Of a DNA stretch of 64,000 bases, positions 1 to 8,127 are shown one piece after another (within the stretch, counting starts at the first letter, position 1; the number at the start of each line of letters is the position of its first letter). The stretch is from positions 124,001-188,000 of the IMG/VR virus record IMGVR_UViG_3300009108_000751; one strand, given 5' to 3'. Under the pieces are notes generated by a model. It did not search any database. It had not been told where the DNA came from and saw only the letters and a program-made list of their open reading frames with translations. The translations under genes were made by a program, and so were the position numbers.

Positions 1-1
1 T

Positions 2-514
2 AAGTTGAATGACAGCTTATCTGCAGGTCCTCGTTTCACAGGCACAGTTCGCGAATGGTACGAGACCCTGGTCGAGTCCGTTATCGATGTTGCTAACACC
101 ATCCACCGCAAGACACTCCGTGGTTCCGCGAACTTCGTGGTCACCTCTCCGGATGTCTGCACAATGTTCGAAGCTTCAGTGATGTATCGCCCAAGCCTCA
201 GCATTGACAGCGAAGGTCAGGTTTCCTCCCCATTCAGCCTCGGTGCTGAAAAGGTTGGTACCTTGAGCAACCGCTTTACGGTCTACAAGGACCCATACTT
301 CCCTCGCAACAAGATTCTTGTTGGTTATAAGGGTGGTAGCTACCTTGAGACAGGATACGTTTATGCTCCGTATGTTCCGCTGATCGTCACACCAACGATC
401 TTCGCGCCAGAAGACTTCACCCCTCGTAAGGGCGTGATGACTCGCTACGGCAAGAAGATGGTTCGCGCTGACTTCTACGGTACCGTTACGGTTGCTGACT
501 TGAACGTCATCTAA
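2..514 (+). CDS. Major capsid protein, C-terminal part (T4 gp23-like), truncated by window start
   Basis: Motifs 'RGSANFVVTSP', 'VYKDPYF', 'VGYKG..YLETGYVYAPYVPL', 'F.P.KGVMTRYG' match the gp23 C-terminus; frame is open from position 2. Confidence 0.93.
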   Translation, partial: KLNDSLSAGPRFTGTVREWYETLVESVIDVANTIHRKTLRGSANFVVTSPDVCTMFEASVMYRPSLSIDSEGQVSSPFSLGAEKVGTLSNRFTVYKDPYFPRNKILVGYKGGSYLETGYVYAPYVPLIVTPTIFAPEDFTPRKGVMTRYGKKMVRADFYGTVTVADLNVI

Positions 515-523
515 GCGACAATA

Positions 524-570
524 GAAACTTCGGTTTCATGAAGGGGAGTCCGAAAGGGCTCCCCTTTTTT
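524..570 (+). terminator. C(UUCG)G hairpin followed by an intrinsic terminator after the capsid gene
   Basis: gaaac-ttcg-gtttc (524-537), then aaggggagtcc-gaaa-gggctcccctt and a T-run. Confidence 0.9.
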
Positions 571-606
571 TTGTCTCTTTATTTCCTTAAGATTCCAGCA
601 CGGGAA

Positions 607-705
607 CATATCTAATAGTAGGCCCGTCACATTGCATAAGGGTGAACTCGCCACCGTGCCGGAATCATGCGAACAAAATAAAGGAGAAAATTATGCCAAA
701 GGTTA
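607..705 (+). repeat. 99-bp direct repeat, copy 1 (late promoter, structured leader, SD and first codons)
   Basis: Identical to 1150-1248 by direct comparison. Confidence 0.97.
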
Positions 706-1061
706 TTATTTCTGATGATAAAGGTCTGAACCAAACCGCAGGTTCGGGGCTGGAGTCTAGGAGCGCTCACTATAGTAGCTACGGGACTACTACAGCTTTA
801 GCAACAGGTTCTTTCCCGCTTCTTCCTGCGGGAATAGTAAACACTGTTGACAGCACTAACAACGCACATGGTGTTAGATTGCCCAACGCTGCAGGAGCAG
901 GTCAGATCATGATCGTTAGAAATGTAGACAGTGCTCAGGACTGCGTTATTAGAAATCAAGCTGAGACAGGTGCCATCCTTGTCACGCTCGGCGAAGGTAA
1001 GACTGCTCTTTTCGTAAGTACAGCTTCTGGAAATAACTGGTCTGGAAGTCAGCTCGACTAA
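693..1061 (+). CDS. Putative capsid decoration/head-fibre-like protein, paralog A (122 aa)
   Basis: SD aaggag 681-686, ATG 693; directly after the MCP; N-terminus MPKVIISDDKGL matches paralog B; 'LP..AG.GQIMIV...LFV...W' fibre-like domain. Confidence 0.6.
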   Translation: MPKVIISDDKGLNQTAGSGLESRSAHYSSYGTTTALATGSFPLLPAGIVNTVDSTNNAHGVRLPNAAGAGQIMIVRNVDSAQDCVIRNQAETGAILVTLGEGKTALFVSTASGNNWSGSQLD

Positions 1062-1089
1062 AAGAAAACTCAAAAGTGTTATTGCAATC

Positions 1090-1116
1090 AAGGTGCTCAA
1101 TCGAGCACCTTTTTTG
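1090..1116 (+). terminator. Intrinsic terminator
   Basis: aaggtgctc-aatc-gagcacctt followed by a T-run. Confidence 0.85.
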
Positions 1117-1149
1117 TTTGAATATTTTCTTCTTTTTTAAGATCTTCCC

Positions 1150-1248
1150 CATATCTAATAGTAGGCCCGTCACATTGCATAAGGGTGAACTCGCCACCGT
1201 GCCGGAATCATGCGAACAAAATAAAGGAGAAAATTATGCCAAAGGTTA
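1150..1248 (+). repeat. 99-bp direct repeat, copy 2
   Basis: Identical to 607-705. Confidence 0.97.
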
Positions 1249-1682
1249 CGTATTCAGATTCGAAGGGGCTCGTCCAGACGTCAGGTGCTGGGATGGCTCT
1301 AACCGGCTTCATGCATGGTCAAAAATGCCCACAGAAGTCGGTAACAAGCACAGACACGCTTACTGTTGAAGACAGTGGCAAGTTAATTACCCTGACGGGA
1401 TCAGCATTTACTTTGTCGCTGCCCAGTGTCTCAGCGGCAAAAGGATGCCACTATACGATCGTTGCTGGTCAAGCTGCGAATTATGTCCTTTCTGAGCTCG
1501 TCGGAACTGACGACAACGTTTTGACGATGGTAAGCGTAAATGCGTCTGCTACTGAAAGAGATCACGCTTTTACCACAGCTACTCTGAGTGGCGGAGCTAT
1601 CGGAGACAGGTTTTACGCCGTCTCTAACGGAACTTGGTGGGTCATCACGGCCTTCGCCAATGCTGCCGTAGCCGCCGCATAA
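1236..1682 (+). CDS. Putative capsid decoration/head-fibre-like protein, paralog B (148 aa)
   Basis: SD and ATG lie within the repeat; MPKVTYSDSKGL; 'LTVEDSGKLI..TLSLP...G..YTI...SNGT.W' pattern. Confidence 0.6.
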   Translation: MPKVTYSDSKGLVQTSGAGMALTGFMHGQKCPQKSVTSTDTLTVEDSGKLITLTGSAFTLSLPSVSAAKGCHYTIVAGQAANYVLSELVGTDDNVLTMVSVNASATERDHAFTTATLSGGAIGDRFYAVSNGTWWVITAFANAAVAAA

Positions 1683-1727
1683 TATAGTGGTTGACAGCTA
1701 AGACTTAGTACTGTCACACTAGAAGAG

Positions 1728-1760
1728 AAAGGCGCCCCCAAGTGGGGCGCCTTTTTTTTT
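1728..1760 (+). terminator. Intrinsic terminator
   Basis: aaaggcgcccc-caagt-ggggcgccttt followed by a long T-run. Confidence 0.9.
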
Positions 1761-1796
1761 GTTCGTTTTTTCGTCTAGACCTAAGTCTCGTGACTT

Positions 1797-1806
1797 CATA
1801 CTTATA
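1797..1806 (+). promoter_or_regulatory. Putative late promoter (catacttata)
   Basis: ATA(T/C)TTA motif recurring upstream of virion genes. Confidence 0.6.
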
Positions 1807-1830
1807 CTGTGAGAGTTTCTGGAGAGCCTT

Positions 1831-3003
1831 GTGGCAACATTCGCTAATACAACTAACCCAACACCATTCGGTGCTTTTGATAGTGACTCAGAGTTTCAAT
1901 CTGAAGCAGACAAGATGGTTACTTTTGTTAAGAGGAAGCTCGGAGATGACATTCTGTCTGTCGAGTTGACCAAAAAGCAGATCTGGGCTTGTTTCGAAGA
2001 ATCTTTCTTCCAGTACGGGCAGATTGTTAATGAATACCAAGCTAGGTCACAATTATCGACTTTTTTAGGGACTTCAACTGGAAGCATGTCGGGATCTGAG
2101 CAAAAGTTCCCGCATGAGACACTGCAGTTCTTAGAGAGGATGGCAGAGCCCTATGCCTTTGAAGCAGGTGTAGGAGGCTCGTACGACTCAGTCTCAGGAT
2201 CGATTCAGCTAATCAAAGGCCAGCAAGATTATGACATTTACGATAAGCTACAAGATGATTCTGGAAATTTGTTGTATTCTTCGTCTCTCAATACCTACAG
2301 TTCCAAAATGAAGATTCAAGAAGTTTTCCACTTCAATCCCCAAGCAGCATATCGATTCTTCGATACAACCTCAGCTATCAATTACCTTAATAATGAATTT
2401 TCTTTTGAGTCTTTCACCCCGGAAACTATCTTTTATGTTCTCCCTGTTTTTGAAGATATCTTGAGGGCAGGGCAAATGGATGTTTCCCACCGTGTACGAA
2501 GATCTAATTATTCTTTTAAGGTGATCGGAACCAAGATAAGAATCTACCCAACGCCTTCAGGAGATCAGACTAATCGAAAACTATGGATAAGAGTGGCATT
2601 TGCACCTGACCCCCTTAACCCCTCTTACGGGGATGATACAATATACGGTGTATCCAATTTATCCAATGTTCCCTTTGGAGATCTTACTTATTCTAACGTA
2701 AATTCAATAGGTCGTCAATGGGTAAGGCAGTATGCACTTTCTCTTTCTACAGAGCTTCTGGGCCTGGTAAGATCTAAGTTCAAATCTTTACCAATACCAA
2801 ATGCAGATATCCAGCTTGATGGAGATAATCTGATATCACAGGGAAGAGAAGATAAGAAAGAGCTGGTTACAAAGCTCCGTGAGATGCTTGATTCTCTGAC
2901 GTATGATAAGATTATTGAGATGAACGCTATCAAGGCCGAGAATATACAGAAACAACTTAGAACCATTCCGATACCTAACGGTAATGCAATTACAATGGGT
3001 TAG
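1831..3003 (+). CDS. Neck/head-tail adaptor protein (T4 gp13-like)
   Basis: 'KRKLG.....VELT..QI' N-terminus and 'WVRQYAL....ELLG.VRSKF...PIP...LDG' C-terminus; position after capsid genes. Confidence 0.75.
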   Translation: MATFANTTNPTPFGAFDSDSEFQSEADKMVTFVKRKLGDDILSVELTKKQIWACFEESFFQYGQIVNEYQARSQLSTFLGTSTGSMSGSEQKFPHETLQFLERMAEPYAFEAGVGGSYDSVSGSIQLIKGQQDYDIYDKLQDDSGNLLYSSSLNTYSSKMKIQEVFHFNPQAAYRFFDTTSAINYLNNEFSFESFTPETIFYVLPVFEDILRAGQMDVSHRVRRSNYSFKVIGTKIRIYPTPSGDQTNRKLWIRVAFAPDPLNPSYGDDTIYGVSNLSNVPFGDLTYSNVNSIGRQWVRQYALSLSTELLGLVRSKFKSLPIPNADIQLDGDNLISQGREDKKELVTKLREMLDSLTYDKIIEMNAIKAENIQKQLRTIPIPNGNAITMG

Positions 3004-3013
3004 GGAGAGATAG

Positions 3014-3676
3014 TTGGGACGCCTTTTTATAACGCCAAGAGAGATTGATCTTGTAAATGATCTAACCAAAGAGATCATCAAGGATGTAGTCGGTCAAAAG
3101 ATTTACTACTACTCTATATCTGCAGCCAAAACCAAGATCAGCACGCTTTATGATGAAGCACCAGAAAAGATTTTTGAGACCCCCTTGGAGTTGGACTGCT
3201 TAGTAGATTACCAAGAACCAACTTTCAAAACTGACAAGTACGGACCAGAAAAGACCCAAAATATTGAGGTGTTTATCCAGTCTAGAGATTTACTGGATAA
3301 GGAAATTAATATTCTCGTAGGAGACTTTTTCACTTACGGGACAGTCATATTTGAAATAACGTCAGTGACGACAACAAGAAATCTTTTTGGTCAGATTGAG
3401 CACAGTGACGGAATTAAGCTTATTGGCAAGCAAAGCCGCAAGCAGGTTTTCTTCACTAAGGTGCTTGGACCAACAGATGAGGAATACTCAGATCCTGATG
3501 CTGTGCAAGATACATTTGTCCAGCAACGTGGGTTTAAAGATAATGAGCTTGGGCCTACGGGTGATGTTCGATCATTGAGAGAAAAAGGTGTCCTTGCTGA
3601 TCCTATCACAGGTCCTAAGCAGGTCTCTGAAAAGGGTGACCCGCAGGATGTGGGATCTGCTTTCTATGACGAGTAA
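3014..3676 (+). CDS. Neck/head-closure protein (gp14-like)
   Basis: 'E.I...GQKIYYY...LYDEA..K.F' and 'GDFF.YG..FEI' pattern; synteny. Confidence 0.6.
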   Translation: MGRLFITPREIDLVNDLTKEIIKDVVGQKIYYYSISAAKTKISTLYDEAPEKIFETPLELDCLVDYQEPTFKTDKYGPEKTQNIEVFIQSRDLLDKEINILVGDFFTYGTVIFEITSVTTTRNLFGQIEHSDGIKLIGKQSRKQVFFTKVLGPTDEEYSDPDAVQDTFVQQRGFKDNELGPTGDVRSLREKGVLADPITGPKQVSEKGDPQDVGSAFYDE

Positions 3677-3681
3677 ATAAA

Positions 3682-4893
3682 ATGACTGTAAGACAATCAA
3701 TTACGAATCCATCTCTCAATCCTGCGAATAAGCAGGATAGAATTAATTCTGGGCTAGAGGGACAAAACATTCCTGATGATTTTTATCTTCCTCCGTGCGG
3801 CCTAGAGGATATCGATCGAGCGCTCTTTGATCTCTTTGACAAAGAAATACAGTTTGCTATTACACAAAATAATGAAACTAGAAAAGTACCAGTAGTCTTC
3901 GCGACGGGAGAAAGATTCGCTCTTATTAAGCGGAATGAGCCAATCAGAGATGAAAACGAGGCTCTGATTTTACCCCTCATATCCATACGCAGAACTGGCA
4001 TCGACCAGGCTGCAGGCTTTGAAAGGCTTGCAGACACGGGTGACCTGGTTATTAAAAGAAGATTAAGCAAAAGAGATCCCATTTATCAAAACCTAGTAAA
4101 TCCAAAAAATATTAGAAACCAAGATAATGTGAGATCCGAGGAGCATAATGCAAATGCTACCAATCCTATCTCCGCTAAGCCGGGCACTGTTAATTCTCGA
4201 CGCCTCCCTGTAAAAACAGCCTCAGGAGGGCCAGTTCTTTCTAATTCTCTTGATTCTCATCACATCTATGAGATCATTACCATACCTTTTCCTCATTTCA
4301 TTAACGTGAGTTACGAGGTGACATTCTGGACATCTTACACTCTACATATGAATAACATGATTGAGAAGCTCGTGGGATCTTACACGGGCAACAGAAATCA
4401 ATTTAAGATAACTTCCGATAAGGGGTACTGGTTCGTAGCGTACCCAGACAATACAGTCACAAATCAAGATAACTTTGATGACTTCACCAACGATGAAAGA
4501 ATTGTAAGGTATAGCTTTAACATGCAGGTACCAGCTTACATCGTCGCATCAGAAAACTCAGGCGATATGCGACCATTCAGGAAGTTTGTATCTGCTCCTG
4601 ATCTCGCATTCGAGGTATTCACAGCAAATGCGCCAATCGTCCAACATCCTCCTGGATTACCCGATCCTACGGGCGATATCGATCAATTTATTTTAAGCGA
4701 TGTCAACAATATAAACTCTGCCGGAGATATCGTTGAGAATGATCGATTATCGTACTTAAAAGCCCAGGCTAGAATAAGAAATCCTTTCACTGACGAGGAT
4801 GAAATTGAGTATTTAAAAGTGCTCACTCAGAACCAAAGACAGGGCGAGACAGTTGTCAGCGCCCGGATAGTTACCAAGATCGAAGATCTGTAA
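3682..4893 (+). CDS. Tail terminator/sheath stabiliser (gp15-like)
   Basis: 'KVPVVFATGER', 'LILPLISI.R', 'P.P...NVSYEVTFW' pattern; lies between neck and sheath genes. Confidence 0.6.
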   Translation: MTVRQSITNPSLNPANKQDRINSGLEGQNIPDDFYLPPCGLEDIDRALFDLFDKEIQFAITQNNETRKVPVVFATGERFALIKRNEPIRDENEALILPLISIRRTGIDQAAGFERLADTGDLVIKRRLSKRDPIYQNLVNPKNIRNQDNVRSEEHNANATNPISAKPGTVNSRRLPVKTASGGPVLSNSLDSHHIYEIITIPFPHFINVSYEVTFWTSYTLHMNNMIEKLVGSYTGNRNQFKITSDKGYWFVAYPDNTVTNQDNFDDFTNDERIVRYSFNMQVPAYIVASENSGDMRPFRKFVSAPDLAFEVFTANAPIVQHPPGLPDPTGDIDQFILSDVNNINSAGDIVENDRLSYLKAQARIRNPFTDEDEIEYLKVLTQNQRQGETVVSARIVTKIEDL

Positions 4894-4915
4894 GGTGATA
4901 TTTGGCAGAAAGAAG

Positions 4916-4925
4916 CATATTTATA
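4916..4925 (+). promoter_or_regulatory. Putative late promoter (catatttata)
   Basis: ATATTTA motif upstream of sheath 1. Confidence 0.65.
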
Positions 4926-4959
4926 GGCGTGCATAAGAGTCCTGTAGGAGACTGAACAT

Positions 4960-7900
4960 ATGGCTGAACAGACTTTTAGATCTCCCGGATTCTTTGAGCA
5001 AGAGGTTGACTTAACACAGAGAGTTCAATCACCAACGGGAACTCCGGCAGGAGTAGTTGGTACTGCTCAGAGAGGTCCGGCATTTGTTCCTGTGACCGTC
5101 GGGTCTTTTGTAGATTTCCAGACTAAGTTTGGTAATCTTGATTCCAAAAGATTCGGCCCGTACGCAGTTAACGAATTTCTCAAGAATAGAGATGCTGTTA
5201 CGTACGTGCGCGTTCTCGGCGCCGGCGCAAATGATGAGACAGAAGAAATTAATACTACCCGTGTGCAAGGAAGCGTGAAAAATGCAGGCTTCAAGATCAC
5301 ACCAATTACAACAGATAAAAGGCTCGGTCTTTCTACGACACATATCCTTGCTGCTAAACACCACATTTCTGCATCAGAACAATATGGATTCCCAATTTTC
5401 ACACATAACGATTCATATAATTCATCTGCAGATGCCAATCTGGTAAGAGCAGTTATCTTCACTACAACAGACTCCAGAGTTGGTGTGTTGAGTGCATCTT
5501 TCGATGGCACCGACATGAGCGCTGCTTTTTGTAAGTCAGGCGGAGATGCTCTTGCAACGATCGGAACGTCAGGAGACTTAAAAGACAAGTTCAAGTTGTT
5601 TATCTCCTCATCTGATACTTCATTTGCAACAACCGACGGTCAACCGGGCATGAGGATTCTTACTGCTTCTCTTGATCCGAGGAACAAGAATTACATTAGA
5701 AATATTCTAAATACAGATCCTGCTCAATTCTCAACTCAAAAGCATCTTCTTTATGCTGCATTTGATGTTGAATACTGCCTGGCATCAATTTCTTCTGATG
5801 CTAATTCGGTAGGAATGCTTTCAGGATCAGCCGTGGTCTCTAATGACAATGCGGCAGGTGAAAGCTTCTTGACGGCGTTTGGTAGATACGACACCAGATA
5901 CAACACGCCAAAAACAACAGATTTTATCTCCCAGCCTTTCGGCACAACAGAGTATCCTCTCTTTAGTTTTGAAACTATTGACGACGGTGCCTTTGCTGCA
6001 GGCAAATATAAGATTTCTATAGCAAACATTCGCGGGTCCCTTGACGAGAATAATCCGTACGGAACCTTCACAGTCCAGGTCCGAGCTTACAGTGACAATG
6101 ACAAGTCGAAGGAAGTCTTGGAAGAATACCCACAATGCGATCTTAATCCTAATTCCGAGAAGTTTATAGGGAGAATGATCGGGGATAAAAAAGCATTCTT
6201 TAACTTTGATGCTGAGCTTGAATCAGAGAGAAAAGTAACTGTATCGGGCAAATACCCTAATATGTCAAACGTCGTTCGAGTCGTACTCAGCGACGATGTT
6301 GTCAACGGAAATGTCCCAGCAGAAGCCTTACCTTTTGGTTTCAAGGGAATCCCAGCCCTTAAGACGAATGATAAGCTTGATGACTTTACCTCGCAGGCTG
6401 AAGTCGGATATCGCCTTGGAGGAAGAATTGGCAACGCTGCAACAGCCCTTCTCCAGGCATCGATTCTGCCGCCTGTCCCTTACACGTTTAAGTCGACAAA
6501 CGGAGCAGTTAAAGACGGATCCGTTTTCTTCGTCGGCCAACAGGGAACCCAAGAAACAGTAGACAATAGAATCTACTGGGGTGCTAAAACAACTATGCTT
6601 GCAGCAGACAAGAGCGTCCAAAGTTCAGGTATTACGAACTCTGCCCTTAAGTCAAATGCAGGAACTTCTGTGAACCTAGGTTTAAAAGATCAAGCCAAGT
6701 TCCTCGGCATTTCGAAAATGGATGTGTTGCTGACAGGATCCCAGATCATTCCTGCCAAGGCAGGCGATCGCAAGACATTCAATAACAATAAGTTTACCCT
6801 CGCCCGCGTCGCACTTTCCCGACAGGCAGGACTTTCCGATACAGGGGCTTACACAGATACTGAGATCACAGGAACTATCGGTTCCAACATGCTTGAAGCA
6901 GCATACATTCGTGATGCCTATGTTGATCCCACCACTTACACAGTTTCTGACGGAACAAGGCTTAACAGAATTACATTCGCAACCCTGCTAAACCAGACGT
7001 CTTCTGTAACGTTTAATAAGTTCACGGATTACATGAAGTTTACTAACGTTTTCCACGGCGGATTCGATGGCCTTAACATCTTAGATAAGAACGCTACCAG
7101 AATGAACGATAAGTCGATTTCCCTTGATACGGGTGGTGGCGCTAATTCATCATTTACGTCTCCTGGCATGGCATCGAATATGGCAGGAGCAGGCAAAGAT
7201 AACAATGCCGTTCGATCTTATAGAGCTGCCATCGACGTAATGACAGATAGGTTTGCTTCTAATATTAATATTCTGTCTATTCCAGGCGTGAGAGAAACAT
7301 TTGTAACAGATCATGCAATAGACAAGGTCAAGGATTTTGGGCAAGCCCTCTACTTGATGGATATACCTGAATATGATAGCGACGGAAACAGGCTGTACGA
7401 TGATTCAACAAATCGCCCAAGCGTTTCCAAGACCATCGCGAATTTCGAGGCACGTACTATTGATAGCAATACAACGGCAACGTATTTTCCAGGTGTGATT
7501 ATCACGGATGATAGCAACGGATCAAGCGTTAATGTTCCTCCCTCTATAGCAGCCTTAGCTGCTCTAGGATTTAATGATCGGGTAAGCTTCCCGTGGTTCG
7601 CACCTGCAGGATTCAATCGAGGATCACTTGATTTTGTCCAGAATGTGGATGTTCGACTCTCTGCGGGAGACAGGGATTCGCTTTATGATGCACGAATTAA
7701 TCCTATTGCTACTTTCCCACAGCAAGGATTCGTGATCTTTGGGCAAAAAACCCTGCAGATGGCAAAATCTGCGCTGGATAGAGTTAACGTAAGAAGAATG
7801 CTTCTTGAGGTTAAACGAATAGTTTCGCAAGTGGCAAATGGATTTGTTTTTGAACAGAACACTCCTGCACTAAGAGCTAAATTTATTGCTGATGTATCAC

Positions 7901-8091
7901 CTTTGCTTGCAGTAGTTCAGGCACAGAGTGGGATTGAGCAATTCAAAGTTGTAATGGATGACTCTAACAACACCGCTGACGATATTGAGTCTAATAGGCT
8001 GAATGGACGCATTGTGATTGTCCCGACAAGAAGTATTGAGTTTATATCAATTGACTTCGTCATAACAAATGCCGGCGTAAGCTTTGAGTAG
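4960..8091 (+). CDS. Tail sheath protein 1
   Basis: N-terminal 'SPG...E.D', 'G.A.RGPAF.P'; C-terminal 'PWFAPAG..RG', 'INPI', 'GQKTLQ...ALDRVNVRR', 'PTRSIEFI..DF'. Confidence 0.95.
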   Translation: MAEQTFRSPGFFEQEVDLTQRVQSPTGTPAGVVGTAQRGPAFVPVTVGSFVDFQTKFGNLDSKRFGPYAVNEFLKNRDAVTYVRVLGAGANDETEEINTTRVQGSVKNAGFKITPITTDKRLGLSTTHILAAKHHISASEQYGFPIFTHNDSYNSSADANLVRAVIFTTTDSRVGVLSASFDGTDMSAAFCKSGGDALATIGTSGDLKDKFKLFISSSDTSFATTDGQPGMRILTASLDPRNKNYIRNILNTDPAQFSTQKHLLYAAFDVEYCLASISSDANSVGMLSGSAVVSNDNAAGESFLTAFGRYDTRYNTPKTTDFISQPFGTTEYPLFSFETIDDGAFAAGKYKISIANIRGSLDENNPYGTFTVQVRAYSDNDKSKEVLEEYPQCDLNPNSEKFIGRMIGDKKAFFNFDAELESERKVTVSGKYPNMSNVVRVVLSDDVVNGNVPAEALPFGFKGIPALKTNDKLDDFTSQAEVGYRLGGRIGNAATALLQASILPPVPYTFKSTNGAVKDGSVFFVGQQGTQETVDNRIYWGAKTTMLAADKSVQSSGITNSALKSNAGTSVNLGLKDQAKFLGISKMDVLLTGSQIIPAKAGDRKTFNNNKFTLARVALSRQAGLSDTGAYTDTEITGTIGSNMLEAAYIRDAYVDPTTYTVSDGTRLNRITFATLLNQTSSVTFNKFTDYMKFTNVFHGGFDGLNILDKNATRMNDKSISLDTGGGANSSFTSPGMASNMAGAGKDNNAVRSYRAAIDVMTDRFASNINILSIPGVRETFVTDHAIDKVKDFGQALYLMDIPEYDSDGNRLYDDSTNRPSVSKTIANFEARTIDSNTTATYFPGVIITDDSNGSSVNVPPSIAALAALGFNDRVSFPWFAPAGFNRGSLDFVQNVDVRLSAGDRDSLYDARINPIATFPQQGFVIFGQKTLQMAKSALDRVNVRRMLLEVKRIVSQVANGFVFEQNTPALRAKFIADVSPLLAVVQAQSGIEQFKVVMDDSNNTADDIESNRLNGRIVIVPTRSIEFISIDFVITNAGVSFE

Positions 8092-8127
8092 AGCATAGTT
8101 AGAAATGATGATTTGGAGATTTAGATA

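Noticed and set aside
642-1235. ORF-track starts at 642 and 1185 giving an identical peptide MNSPPCRNHANKIKEKI
   Set aside because: This is the repeated leader; a strong SD (aaggag) precedes ATG 693 and ATG 1236
607-1248. CRISPR array, attachment site or terminal repeat
   Set aside because: Only two 99-bp copies separated by a complete gene; no spacers, cas genes or integrase
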